A DNA stretch of 64,000 nucleotides from Synechococcales cyanobacterium CRU_2_2 (lineage in GTDB: Bacteria; Cyanobacteriota; Cyanobacteriia; PCC-9006; JAAUQQ01). The stretch covers positions 8,093-72,092 of the forward strand of contig JAAUOP010000002.1 in assembly GCA_012034805.1 (NCBI GenBank). Direction: 5' to 3'. The position numbers were made by a program, and so were the translations under genes. Position 1 is the stretch's first letter. Each line of letters opens with the position of its first letter. The notes under the pieces were generated by a model that was not told where the DNA came from, ran no database searches, and worked only from the letters and a program-made list of their open reading frames with translations. Positions 1-10,500 of this stretch are shown here, one piece after another.

Positions 1-80
1 GGCTTTTGTCCAGCGGAGCTCAGGCCAAACTTGAGCTCCAGTTACCTCCAATTTCAGTCCCCCCATTTTAGTCAGTCCCT

Positions 81-689
81 ATGAGCATTGATCTTCTGTT
101 CGAGCAGCTCAAACATCCCAACCCCAATTTGCGATCGCGAGCCATGTGGGAACTCGCGGACCTGCGAGATCAAACGACGATTCCCCGGCTGATCAGCGCC
201 CTGGGGGACGAAGACGTTGTGTTCCGCCGTGCTGCGGTGAAGGCCCTTGGGGCGATCGGAGTCGATGCCGTTCCGGCGATCGTCGAATCCTTGCTCCACA
301 GCGATGACGTCACCATACGCGGCAGTGCGGCCAAGGCTTTGGCCCAGGTCGCGGTTAACCATCCCGAGGTCGCCTTCCCCCCAGCGGGGTTAGACGCCTT
401 GAAACAGGGCATGGCAGACGACAATCCGGTCGTGCACATTGCCTCGGCTATGGCCCTGGGCGAAGTCGGGGTTGCAGCGGTGGAAGTTCTGCGGGAGGCG
501 GTGACGACGACGGAAAATTTGGGGCTAGCCGTGTCAGCGCTCAGTGCCCTGGGCGGAATTCCGGATGAGCGGGCGGCTCAGACGTTGAAGGCGATCGCCC
601 AGGATCCTGTCGCTGAACCTTACCTGCGTGAAATCGCCATCAGTGCACTGTCACGGCTTGACCTGGTCAAAAAATTCAAACGCAACTGA
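81..689 (+). CDS. HEAT-repeat protein (phycobilisome-lyase-type HEAT repeats, NblB/CpcF-like)
   Basis: 202-aa ORF. It has repeated units such as LGDEDVVFRRAAVKALGAIG, SDDVTIRGSAAKALAQV and DDNPVVHIASAMALGEVG, typical of PBS-lyase HEAT repeats. The exact subfamily is not resolvable by eye. Confidence 0.7.
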   Translation: MSIDLLFEQLKHPNPNLRSRAMWELADLRDQTTIPRLISALGDEDVVFRRAAVKALGAIGVDAVPAIVESLLHSDDVTIRGSAAKALAQVAVNHPEVAFPPAGLDALKQGMADDNPVVHIASAMALGEVGVAAVEVLREAVTTTENLGLAVSALSALGGIPDERAAQTLKAIAQDPVAEPYLREIAISALSRLDLVKKFKRN

Positions 690-793
690 AATCTCAAACG
701 TAACTGAAATCTCAAACGTAACTGAAATCTCAAACGCAACTGAAATTTCACATGCAATTGAAATCTCAAATGCAACTGAAATCTCAAACGCCG
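673..793. repeat. 18-bp tandem repeat, about 6.5 copies (aatctcaaacgYaactga)
   Basis: Direct reading. Copies lie at 690-707, 708-725, 726-743, 744-761 (diverged) and 762-779. The array starts on the stop codon of the 81-689 gene and ends at the stop of the convergent 794-1753 gene. Confidence 0.95.
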
Positions 794-1753
794 CTAATCC
801 CAAGCATCTGCCCCAGCTTGCCCTTCGAGTTGAGAGACCGCCAGTCGCATCACCTGCTCGAGGGCAAAATCTGTCTCCTGCTCAAGTTGCAACTTCAGGG
901 GAGCGATCGCCTCCCCAGCCCCAATTTTCATCAGCGCCAGCGCCGCTGCTTTGCGGCTCTCTGGCAGTTCATGCTGTAGCATCTCCAGGAGCTGGGGCAG
1001 CGCCGGTCGGTGGGCCAAATTCCCCAGCACTGCTGCTGCTTCGCTGCGCACGGCGGCGACCGAATCCCCCAGGGCATTGATCAAGAGGGCAAACGCCCGA
1101 TCCTCTGGCTCATCCTGGGCTACCTTAGCGATCGCCCCCACCATCGCAGAACGCACCTCCGGCGCATCCGCCGCTGCCGCCGCATAGAACGCTTCCTTCG
1201 CTTCATTGCCCACAAACGATAGCGCCCAGGCCAAATGCCCCTTGGTCGTTTCTGGCGTCTGGGGATCCCCTAAGATTTCGAGCATCACCGGCACCGAGGC
1301 TGCCCCAATTTGGGCCAGTGCCCCCGCCGCTGAGCCGTGAACCACCGTATCCTCATCGTGTAGCAACGCCTCAACCAGAGTCGGGATTGCCTTGGGATCC
1401 TTGATCAGCGTAATCGTTTTGGCGCAAGCCCGTCGTACCACGGGATTCTCGTGACTCGCTAGTCCCGTCAGCAGCACGTCGGTCGCGGGTTTGCCGATCG
1501 CGCCTAAGGTCTCCGCGATCCGCAGCCGTGTCATGCCCCGGCGATCGGCGAAATCCTCGACCAACTGTCGTAGAGTCTCTTGATCCTCAGGGTCAAAGCG
1601 TTGCTCGGCTCGCTCCAGTGCCACCCGCTCCAACAACAGATCCGTCTGGGCCTGAGCCTGGGCGATCGCCTCTTCACCCGGTTGCGCCGCCCCTTTTACC
1701 CTACTCACCATCGTCATCTCACTCCAGTTTCCAAACCAGTTCTCAAAACTCAC
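794..1753 (-). CDS. HEAT-repeat protein (PBS-lyase HEAT-like repeats)
   Basis: 319-aa ORF with multiple units such as ENPVVRRACAKTITLIKDPKAIPTLV, DEDTVVHGSAAGALAQIG and GDSVAAVRSEAAAVLGNL. Confidence 0.7.
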   Translation of the reverse strand: MSFENWFGNWSEMTMVSRVKGAAQPGEEAIAQAQAQTDLLLERVALERAEQRFDPEDQETLRQLVEDFADRRGMTRLRIAETLGAIGKPATDVLLTGLASHENPVVRRACAKTITLIKDPKAIPTLVEALLHDEDTVVHGSAAGALAQIGAASVPVMLEILGDPQTPETTKGHLAWALSFVGNEAKEAFYAAAAADAPEVRSAMVGAIAKVAQDEPEDRAFALLINALGDSVAAVRSEAAAVLGNLAHRPALPQLLEMLQHELPESRKAAALALMKIGAGEAIAPLKLQLEQETDFALEQVMRLAVSQLEGQAGADAWD

Positions 1754-1809
1754 AGACCCAAACTCAATTTTCCACGCCTTCGAACCTCAGGTTTGGCATT
1801 TTGGCAGAC

Positions 1810-2100
1810 CTAAGCCTGGGTCAAAGCCAAATGCTGTTCTCGCAAACCCATCAAGATGCCATCAATCTGGGCGAGTTCCGGCTCCAATTGAGACATCACC
1901 GCCGACTTCGGTAACTTCGCTTTTTTGGCCGCGTTGATGGTTTCGTTGACGAGGCGATCGCGATACTGTTCAAACTCAACAATGAGCTCCGCGATTTCTT
2001 CGGGGGTATTGGCTTGGCCCCGAACTGGCTGTGTTTCGGCCCCCAGTTCAGGTGCTTGTTCAGGCGCTTGTGCGGGTGTTGCTGCGGGATTTTCCGACAT
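1810..2100 (-). CDS. Conserved hypothetical protein (acidic/Pro-rich N-terminus, helical C-terminus)
   Basis: 96-aa ORF with host-like codon bias. I recognise no domain. Confidence 0.45.
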   Translation of the reverse strand: MSENPAATPAQAPEQAPELGAETQPVRGQANTPEEIAELIVEFEQYRDRLVNETINAAKKAKLPKSAVMSQLEPELAQIDGILMGLREQHLALTQA

Positions 2101-2837
2101 GATTGACTTCCTCAGATTCTATCAGGGGCTGTTATGGCGTTAAATACTGGGCTGTTATTAAACGAAATGCTGAGCTGCGATTGAGCTGAACGCTGTTTTG
2201 AAGGCTGGGTTAAACAAACTTATCCAAAAATTAATCCACAACGAGAGCCAGACAGCTCCAGCTGCGTCATCGGCTTATTTGTTCATTCAGCGACCCATGT
2301 CTTGATCTTCGCAGATCGCCTCCCCCGCTGGCAAATCCTGGGCTTTGAGAACCTCTGGGCCTGATCCATCACCCACCTTGAGATCTGCGGAAGTTCGCGA
2401 TCGCCCTGGGTTCCCAAGCCAACCCTCACTGGATTCAGGGCACTGTGTTCACGTAGAACAAAAATGTAAAAAAATATGTAATATTCTCGCTTCCGACGGA
2501 GGTTAGATTTTACTTTTGTCCTATTTCAATCTTACCTCTACTCAGTATTCCCCTGATGTTACTCCCTAGGAGTGATCCTGAAAACGCTGATTACGTATCA
2601 GATTTGGCAGTTCTATCCTCGACTCTAAGCCGGGACTTGAGCTGTCATCAAAGGTAAACGCAAAAATTGACAAATTAGTCAACTAAGTGTTACCTTGATT
2701 AACACTAAGGGCCACGACTTCCCTAGCCTGACTCGTCCTTGATTTTGTCAATTTCGATACAGGCTGTGCGAAAGTTGAACGACTTTGCTAAGTCTCAGTC
2801 TTGGCGCGATTCGTTGAATCCGAGGAGGATGAACCTA

Positions 2838-3014
2838 ATGTCAAGCGAAAGTCAAATGCTTCTGAGCTTCGAGCAGGAGTTTAGCCTGCGCAAGTACCAA
2901 GACCAGGTCAAAGATGTCAGCCGCGAGGAATTAGAGGACCTGTTCATTGAGATTATTCGTCAGAAGATGGCCCAGGAAAACTTATTTCGGGATCTGATGC
3001 GCGCGAGTCTCTAG
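2838..3014 (+). CDS. nblA: Phycobilisome degradation protein NblA
   Basis: The sequence SFEQEFSLRKYQDQVKDVSREELEDLFIEIIRQKMAQENLFRDLM is near-colinear with the Synechococcus elongatus NblA as I recall it (EQQFDLQKYRQQVRDISREDLEDLFIEVVRQKMAHENIF). GAGGAGG lies at 2822-2828. An alternative ATG is at 2829. Confidence 0.88.
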   Translation: MSSESQMLLSFEQEFSLRKYQDQVKDVSREELEDLFIEIIRQKMAQENLFRDLMRASL

Positions 3015-3043
3015 TCATGCGTTGAACGGCTGATATACAAACA

Positions 3044-3074
3044 AAGCCCCATGCTGACTCGGGTATGGGGCTTT
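3044..3074. terminator. Hairpin between convergent nblA and the CpcS-like gene (possible bidirectional terminator)
   Basis: AAAGCCCCAT (3044-3053) pairs with ATGGGGCTTT (3065-3074). The flanks are T-rich on both strands. Confidence 0.5.
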
Positions 3075-3122
3075 GTCCTGGCCAGATTTTGTCCTGGCCA
3101 GATCTTGTCCTGGCCAGATTTA
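3075..3122. repeat. 16-bp tandem repeat x3 (gtcctggccagatNtt)
   Basis: Direct reading: 3075-3090, 3091-3106, 3107-3122. Confidence 0.95.
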
Positions 3123-3127
3123 GCACC

Positions 3128-3700
3128 CTAGGCAATCCGACGCTCCAAATATTGGCCAATCATCTGCTCTTCCCCGGCCCTCGAAATGACGGTTTGGCGA
3201 GTGCGGTACTGGTGACTAATCAGTTTGATCTCCTCCTCAAATACGGAGCCGTCGTATTCAGTACGGAGCACCATCGTGTTGGGATTGGGAAAGGTGTACT
3301 GTGCGGTAATGGGTTTGGGGGTGGCAAAGCCGCGATCGCGATACAGTACATCTCCTCTGAGTCCGAACACGGTTGAACCGGTGACATTTTTCTTGCTAGG
3401 CCCTGCGTATTGACTATCCCAAGTAATACCCACACCACAGGGAATGACAATCTCAAGACCATGGGCTTGCGAGAGCAGCTGGAGTTCGGCATCACCAGCC
3501 TGGAGGAAACGAATTTGCAGCTGGCTGACCACCTCTTGAATCAAGCCACTTTTGAGTGTGTAGTAACGCCGCTCTGAGCGCCAGTGGCCTTCGGAATTGC
3601 GAAAAAATTGGGTCGCCTGGTCTTGAGCGCACTGGGCTACTGGCAAAGATTCGTGCAGAAATGCGTTCATAGCAGCAGGTTTGAAAGGAGTGGTTAGCAT
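3128..3700 (-). CDS. CpcS/CpeS-family phycobiliprotein bilin lyase
   Basis: 190-aa ORF carrying GHWRSERRYY, STVFGL, LYRDRGFA and the TEYDGSVFEEEIKL...YRTR pattern seen in CpcS/CpcU/CpeS lyases. Confidence 0.78.
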   Translation of the reverse strand: MLTTPFKPAAMNAFLHESLPVAQCAQDQATQFFRNSEGHWRSERRYYTLKSGLIQEVVSQLQIRFLQAGDAELQLLSQAHGLEIVIPCGVGITWDSQYAGPSKKNVTGSTVFGLRGDVLYRDRGFATPKPITAQYTFPNPNTMVLRTEYDGSVFEEEIKLISHQYRTRQTVISRAGEEQMIGQYLERRIA

Positions 3701-3938
3701 CTAGGTTCGAAGTCTCTTCTACCTCAGCATTCTTGCTGAGCTGACCTCAGACGGGCAAGCCAGATAGGTCAAGGGCATGGCAGCAGAATCTTTACTCTAA
3801 TGTAACACTTCTTAATGAAAATGGCAGTGGTCACCACCCGCACTGAAAACTGGAGAGTCTTAAGCCCGAGCAAGCACCGCTTGACCGGAACGCGTAAGTG
3901 ACTCAGTGACGAGTAATTGAATTGCGTTAAATCAATCA

Positions 3939-4040
3939 CATTGAAGTCTTGCGCATTGATATCTAGTGCATTGATATCTAGTGCATTGAAGTCTCGCGCA
4001 TTGAAGTCTCGCGCATTGATATCTAGTGCATTTGAAGTCT
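3939..4040. repeat. 15-bp tandem array with two unit variants (A=cattgatatctagtg, B=cattgaagtctcgcg) in the order B A A B B A B
   Basis: Direct reading. It lies in the divergent intergenic region between the CpcS-like gene and the ABC operon. Confidence 0.9.
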
Positions 4041-4482
4041 GAAAAATCTTGAAAAGCCTAAAACAAAAGAAAGCCTGATGCTCAGATCATGACTCTCAAA
4101 ACCTTGTCAGATTTTTTGATGTATCTGTGGATACAACTTTTTTGGATATTACTGATCGCATTGGGCTGATCGCATTGGCTTTTCTCCTGTAAAGCTGTTT
4201 TTCCACCCAATAAGTCATGCTAGGGTATAAGTGTTGTCAACGAAATTAGCTCCTTATCAAAAAATAAATGAACTAGGGATTAAAGTCCCCGTGATGCCCA
4301 CAAAGCTGCCTCCGATACCTGCCGAGCATCTATTCGATTCCAGGTTCAGATGTTTAAGGGGTACATGCTGGATTCGGGTTCTAATTCTCTGGGTGTTTGA
4401 TGGGTTTTCCCTGAATGAGTCGTCCCTGAATGGGTCTTAGAAAAGTGATTTGTAATGGAATGAACGACAAGAAAACGGCACT

Positions 4483-5295
4483 ATGACCGAATCATCTTTG
4501 CTTTTTGTACATCCCCTAACTCGCGATGGCTTTGACCTTGCTTCGCCCAAACTTTGCGTTCGAGAAGTGTCTAAGGTCTTTGATTACCAATCTGAACCTT
4601 TGGTCGTTTTGAGAGGGGTTAACTTGGCTTTGAGTCCGAATGAGTTTGTCTGCTTAGTCGGGGCTTCCGGCTGTGGCAAGTCAACCCTACTCAAGATTGT
4701 AGCAGGACTGACCTCGCCTTCATCTGGACAAGTTTGGATTGATCAAGATCTCGTAACGGGGCCAGGCTCTGATCGCGGCATGGTCTTCCAAAGCTATTCC
4801 CTTTTTCCTTGGCTCACCGTCGCCAAAAATATTGATTTTGGCCTTAAGCTTCAGCACCTCCCCCCGCCTGAGCGGCGCGATCGCATCGCTTACTATCTAG
4901 ACGTTGTTGGGTTGACACGGTTTGCCAACGCCTTTCCGAAACAGCTTTCGGGCGGCATGAAGCAGCGGGCGGCGATCGCCCGAGCCCTCGCCAACGAACC
5001 CGAGGTTTTACTCATGGACGAGCCCTTTGGAGCCCTCGATGCCCAAACCAAGGAGCAGATGCAGCTGTTCATGCGTGAAATCTGGGAGCGCACTCACATG
5101 ACTATTTTGATGGTGACCCATGATGTTGAGGAAGCAATCTTTCTCTCAAATCGGGTTTATGTGATGGATGTCCATCCTGGACGTATCAAGCAAGACATTG
5201 CCATTGAGCTACCGGAGCATCGAACGTTGGCAATGAAATCTGAGCCTTCATTTCTTCAGCTCAAACGACAAATTACGGTCATGCTCGGACATTAA
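4483..5295 (+). CDS. ABC transporter ATP-binding protein (NitT/TauT nitrate/sulfonate/taurine family)
   Basis: Walker A GASGCGKST, signature LSGGMKQR and Walker B LLMDEPFGALD. Confidence 0.9.
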   Translation: MTESSLLFVHPLTRDGFDLASPKLCVREVSKVFDYQSEPLVVLRGVNLALSPNEFVCLVGASGCGKSTLLKIVAGLTSPSSGQVWIDQDLVTGPGSDRGMVFQSYSLFPWLTVAKNIDFGLKLQHLPPPERRDRIAYYLDVVGLTRFANAFPKQLSGGMKQRAAIARALANEPEVLLMDEPFGALDAQTKEQMQLFMREIWERTHMTILMVTHDVEEAIFLSNRVYVMDVHPGRIKQDIAIELPEHRTLAMKSEPSFLQLKRQITVMLGH

Positions 5296-5365
5296 TTGAG
5301 CTGTTAATTGTAGAACTGTTAGCTTTAGAGCCGTTAATTGTAGAGTTGCTATTTGTACAAGCACC

Positions 5366-6244
5366 ATGGATTCTAGGCCTTCTGTTGCCATAAGTTCCCA
5401 ATCTGTTCCGCAGGGCGCTGCGAGGAATGTGCGATCGCGCCGCCTCCGCACCTCCACCTTTTGGAGTATCCGCCGGGGTATTCCCCGCCATCTCAAGATT
5501 CTTATGCCCATCCTAGGGGCCGGTGGGCCTCTGTTGGCTTGGACTCTACTGAGCCAGAGTGGGCTCGTTTCTAACACTTTTCTGCCGACTCCCATACAAG
5601 TGCTGCGGGCAGGGGTAGAGCTCTGGGACAGTGGCCTACTCCTGGGTGATATGGTAGCTAGCTGCAGCAGAGTTCTGTTGGGATTTTTGGCCGCCGCCCT
5701 CGTGAGTATTCCGATGGGTTTACTCATGGGCACGTTCCACACCATGGAAAGTTTGTTGAGTCCTATTGTTGGCCCTGTTCGCTATCTACCCGTGGCTGCG
5801 TTTGTACCACTGGTGATGATTTGGGCCGGTATCGGCGAACCTGCCAAAATTCTCATTGTGTTTTTGGGTGTTGTTCTTTACAACATTACGATGATCGCAG
5901 ATGCCGTTAAGTTCATTCCAGATGAGGTTCTCAATGCGGCTTATACCTTGGGTGCAAGTCGCCCGGTCTTGCTCTTTCAGGTGATTTTCCCTGCTGCATT
6001 GCCGAGTATTATTGACACGATGCGTACGAACATTGCCGGTGCCTGGAACTTCTTAATTTTGTCGGAACTGATTGCGGCACAACAGGGGCTCGGATTTCGA
6101 ATTATCCAATCCCAAAGATATATACAAACTGATAAAGTTCTCTTTTGTATTTGTATTATTGGCATAATTGGGCTTCTAACAGACTATGCTTTAAAGAAGC
6201 TGGCGGTGGTTTTAACCCCCTGGGCCGACCATGACTCGCCTTGA
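5366..6244 (+). CDS. ABC transporter permease (NitT/TauT family)
   Basis: Polytopic hydrophobic ORF directly downstream of the ATPase, with an EAA-like loop (LGASRPVLLFQVIFPAALP). The start codon is uncertain. Confidence 0.85.
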   Translation: MDSRPSVAISSQSVPQGAARNVRSRRLRTSTFWSIRRGIPRHLKILMPILGAGGPLLAWTLLSQSGLVSNTFLPTPIQVLRAGVELWDSGLLLGDMVASCSRVLLGFLAAALVSIPMGLLMGTFHTMESLLSPIVGPVRYLPVAAFVPLVMIWAGIGEPAKILIVFLGVVLYNITMIADAVKFIPDEVLNAAYTLGASRPVLLFQVIFPAALPSIIDTMRTNIAGAWNFLILSELIAAQQGLGFRIIQSQRYIQTDKVLFCICIIGIIGLLTDYALKKLAVVLTPWADHDSP

Positions 6245-6493
6245 ACTCGCCTTGAACTTGTCTCGGCTGACCCATCTTGGCCAGTTGCGTAATCGATACC
6301 TGTAACCAACGGCATCGTGAAGATGAGTGAAGTACGAACTCTCGTATTTCGTATTTTGTCTCAGGTATAGGTGTTAGAAGCAACTGCTTTTTCGACGTTC
6401 TTGGAAGTTGATTCAGGTGTCTCGGTCTCGATGCCCGCCAGCCCGCATCACCTCATTGACTCACTATCAACTCAGGCAAGGGAAACTCAGATT

Positions 6494-7516
6494 ATGCGTA
6501 GAAGGACTGTGATTAAAGCCTCGGCATTGCTCACGCTGGGGGCCTTATCTGCCACTGGACTGAACAGTTGCGGTAATGCGACTCAAACGGCTGCTCCCAA
6601 GGATGGAAGCCAGCTTCCAGCTGGGCCATTGCGAGTGGCGCTGGTGCCTTGGCTGGGTTGGGGACAGGCTCATATTGCTGAGGTCAAAGATTTTTTTAAG
6701 GCAGAAGGGATTGAAGTCGAGCAAACAATTTTCCAAACCGTCAGTGAAGCCAATACGGCCTTGCTTTCCAACAAAGTGGATTTGCTGTGGGCTGTGGCCG
6801 CAGACCTCGTCGTGTTGTCCCAAACGTCACCTGACCTAAAATTTATTTTAGTCTCTGACTATTCTGGCGATGTAGACGGCATTTTAGGCACCCCGATCAA
6901 GAGTGCAGAAGAAGCCAAGGGTAAGACCTTTGCGCGGGAAGATGTGCCCTACGAAATCGTCTTCATGGGCAAGTATCTAGAGACCCTAGGTCTGACAGAG
7001 AAAGACGTCAACATTGTGCCGCTGACCGTCCCCGATGGCGCAGCAGCCTTGGTGGCGGGCAAGGTGGATGCGGTGACGCTATACGAGCCCTTTGTTAGTA
7101 CCGTGTTTAAGGAGCGTAGCGATGTAGAAGTGCTGTTTTCACCGGCAGGAACTAATATTATTATCAATGGCTTGATCGCCCAGGGGGCAGCGATCGCCAA
7201 CCGACGAGCAGACATTTTAGCCTACATGCGCGCTCTGAACCAGGCAGTAGATTTTGCCAAGACCAACCTCGCAGAAGCCCATGAACTGATTGGCAAATGG
7301 GTCGGCCTGAAGGGGGAGGAGGTGACCGCGCTCATGACAAAAGTCGATTTACTCGATCTTGCAGAGAATAAGCAAGTTGCCTTTAATCCGCAAAATAAAT
7401 TGAATGTCGCCAACAGCATTGACTCAGCGGTGCCGATTTTGGTAGGCGCGGGCAAGGTGACAAAATCTGCGCCGGGGGCATCGTTTGTAGATGCCTCATT
7501 CGTAGAAGCGCTCTAG
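6494..7516 (+). CDS. ABC transporter substrate-binding lipoprotein (NMT1/THI5-like)
   Basis: MRRRTVIKASALLTLGALSATGLNSCGN is a Tat-like/lipobox signal. The protein is the third gene of the ABC operon. ATG at 6494 is preferred over the ORF-track start at 6371. Confidence 0.8.
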   Translation: MRRRTVIKASALLTLGALSATGLNSCGNATQTAAPKDGSQLPAGPLRVALVPWLGWGQAHIAEVKDFFKAEGIEVEQTIFQTVSEANTALLSNKVDLLWAVAADLVVLSQTSPDLKFILVSDYSGDVDGILGTPIKSAEEAKGKTFAREDVPYEIVFMGKYLETLGLTEKDVNIVPLTVPDGAAALVAGKVDAVTLYEPFVSTVFKERSDVEVLFSPAGTNIIINGLIAQGAAIANRRADILAYMRALNQAVDFAKTNLAEAHELIGKWVGLKGEEVTALMTKVDLLDLAENKQVAFNPQNKLNVANSIDSAVPILVGAGKVTKSAPGASFVDASFVEAL

Positions 7517-10500
7517 GGCGATCGCCCCAGGTTCATTAGTTTGCACAGAAGATTAACCTGCATCATTTGTTCTAGGCTGGTGCAGGTTGCCGTGGCGAGT
7601 GCTGGACTGGCCACGACAATAGCCAGACATTGGGCGCGGGAAACCGCAACATTGAGACGGTTGCGGTTGAGCAAAAACTCAATCCCTCGGGGTGCATCAT
7701 CCGTGGTGCTGGCACACAGAGAAATGATCACAACAGGGGCTTCCTGGCCTTGAAATTTGTCAACGGTACCGATGCGAGCCTGGGGAGGGGCCTCGCCTAG
7801 GCGTTCTCGTAGGCGGCGCACCTGCAAATTGTAGGGGGCAACAACGAGAATATCGTCGGGGCCGAGCTCGCCCTGGGTTTTGCCGCGATCGCTCACATAA
7901 GCTATCCCCAGCAGTTGTTCAATCAACTCAGCAATCACCGTTACTTCTTCATCACTGGCCTGACCATTGCCCCAGTGCTCAACACTGAGAAAAGCAATGC
8001 CGCTGGCTTGGGACAGCTTCCAGTGTTTCCCCTTGAGTGGCTTCTCTAGAAGGAGCCGATGGTGGCGGGTTTCTGGAGGATGGCCCAGGCGTCCTTCGTA
8101 GATCGATTCGGAAATAAACCGACAGATGCGAGGCTCCATCCGATAGCTGGTATTGAGGAAAATACCCAAATTCGCTGGAATCGTTGCCCGTCCCTGGAGC
8201 AAGTAGCCCAAGGCTGATTGACCGCTCTCGCCAGGGTGACTGCCTTGAATCGGCTGTTCTAGCTGCATGGGGTCACCGATCAGAACAAGGTTGTGGGCAC
8301 AACGGGCTAGGGCGATCAAATTGGCCAGGGCCACCTGTCCGGCCTCATCGACAAACAGGTAGTCGAATTGAGCGATCGCCTCCTGCCGACACAGTTGAAA
8401 TACCGTCGCACCGACCAAGCGATAATCGGGGGGGAGAGCCTCGGTAATTTTGTCTTTGTAATCCACGCCTGGATAACGTTCAACAGCTTCACTCTGACCG
8501 CCAATTTTGGCGATCTTGAGCCTGCGATGACCCTGTACCCGCCCCAGCAAATTCAAAATTACATCATGGCTATTGGCCGAGACCGCGATCGTTTTCCCCT
8601 GTTGCAGCAGATTGAGGATGATCTGGGCTGCGGTGAAGGTTTTGCCACTGCCCGGTGGGCCTTGGATGCAGAGGGTGCTGTGGTCGAGCTGGGCGATCGC
8701 CCGCAGAGTACCGCTGACTAATTCTTCGCCTTCAGCCAGGATTGGCCCAGGTGTATGACCCGTGATGCGGGGCGATCGCCGCTCCAGAAAATCGGCTAAG
8801 GCAGGCTGCAATTCGCCGGTGGCCTGCCACTGCTGAACGGTTTCTAGGATTGCGTCGGCGATTTTGCCGGTGGGGATGACCGTCACATCCATTAGATTCA
8901 GCCGCGCACTGGGCTCCCAGTTGGGCGACTCGGCACGGGCAGTGGTTAAGCGCTGGTCGCTGATTGTCAGAACTGCCAATCCTTGATCCAGATCGAGTTC
9001 GGTGAGGGTGCACTCCTTCAGTTCAATGCGGCTGGGGAAAAACCAGCAGGTGGTTTTGCTGCGCAGCCGGGTTTCCTGGCTGGGATCAAAGCGATATTCG
9101 TAGGCCCAGGATTTACTGCGGGGGGTCGGGCGGAAGGGAAGCCTGTCGGTGCGCTCGAGCCCCACAAGGCAGTCTAGCTCATCGAGGAGATCGGTTTCGT
9201 CTGCAACTAGCCAGGTGAATCGCTGCCACCAAAACGGCTTAGCTTCGCGGCGATGAAACTGGAGCAAGTGGGCCAGGAGCGATCGCGATGCCCAACCCAA
9301 GGATTGAGCCGGGGATTGAGCCGAGGATTGAGCCGAGGTTTCAGAACTAGGTTGTTCTAGCAACGCCAGAGCTAGCTGGGCAGCGGGACTGGGTTCTTTG
9401 AGCTGACGGTGTTGGCTTGCGAATTCTGGGAGATCAGCCCTTGTCTCAGGTGTTGTCTCAGGTATTGTCTCAGGTGTTGTCTCAGCAGTGGACGGTGGGA
9501 CGTAGGAGATACCGGCTAAAGTTTGGAGCGATCGCAGCCAGTCTGCTAGCGCTTGGGTCGAATCGCAATCATCCCGGTTATAGTCCCGAATCTCGCGCAA
9601 GATGGCCGAATCCTCGGGCGTGTTGCCATCGCGCTGTTGTTGCCCCTGAACATGCCCCTGAATATGCCACTGGAAATATTGCACCACCGAAGCCTGGGCA
9701 TTTTTGACCTCACCCTCCCGTTTGCGCCAATAAAACTGCTCCAAACTCTTGATCGAGTAAGAAGGCGTGCCCACACACAGCCCCTGGGTCACCACCCGAT
9801 ACAAATCCACAAAGACCCCACCGCGCAGCATCGAATCCAGCTCCTCCTCCCGCGTGCCATAACGCCCCATCAATCGTTTGAGCGCCGTGGTTTCGTAGGG
9901 TGCGTAGTGGTAGACATGCATCGCTGGATCCCGCTGCCAGCGCTCCCAAATCCAGTCCATAAATCCTTCAAAAGCCCGCTTCTCCATGGTGTCGTCATGA
10001 GCCCACCAGTCCTTAAATTTCAAGACTTGAGTTGTTTGCTCATCTGTTGACTCGTCAACGGGTTCGTGAATTGTTTCGTTGAGATAAGTCGCACCAAACA
10101 AATACTCTAACCCCATCCCTCCATCTGCCAACGGATACCCTTCTAGATCAAAAAAAACATCCAGCGCACTCGCCGGGGGCAGCATTGCCAAACCGCTGTG
10201 GGGTTTGTCGGCGGGAGGCAACAGAATTTCATAAGCAGGACAGTCGCTCTGGCAACTAGACTGAAGCCTTGCTTGCCGCAGTAGTTTTTGGTAAGTTTTG
10301 CGATCGAGTTTGGCAATCCGTTGCTGAGGGTCGGCGATCGCCAATGCCCCCAAACTGGTAATCCCCGCCGCCTCCAGTTTCTTGATCTGATTTTGGGTAA
10401 TGTTGGCCACCAAACTCAGATGATCCACCTCCACCAATACCTGCTCCGCCAGTGTCTGCCAAATCCCATGATCCGTGGATCGAGGTAAGGGACGTCGTTG

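Noticed and set aside
628-1080. 150-aa plus-strand ORF translating to NATEISNVTEISNVTEIS...
   Set aside because: The peptide repeat is simply the 18-bp intergenic tandem array read in frame. The rest of the ORF is antisense to the convincingly HEAT-repeat gene at 794-1753.
2686-2706. NtcA binding site (GTA-N8-TAC) upstream of nblA
   Set aside because: The palindrome is TGTTA-N7-TAACA, 17 nt from TGT to ACA. Its spacing is one base longer than the canonical NtcA site, so I report it only as an inverted repeat.
3701-3720. tRNA-like GGTTCGAA T-loop sequence
   Set aside because: There is no flanking T-stem complementarity, acceptor stem or anticodon arm. It lies at the 5' end of the CpcS-like gene region.
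4040-4482. Possible TPP riboswitch upstream of the NMT1/THI5-like ABC importer operon
   Set aside because: There is no thi-box-like sequence by eye. The only notable feature is the duplication ccctgaatgagtcgtccctgaatgggtc.
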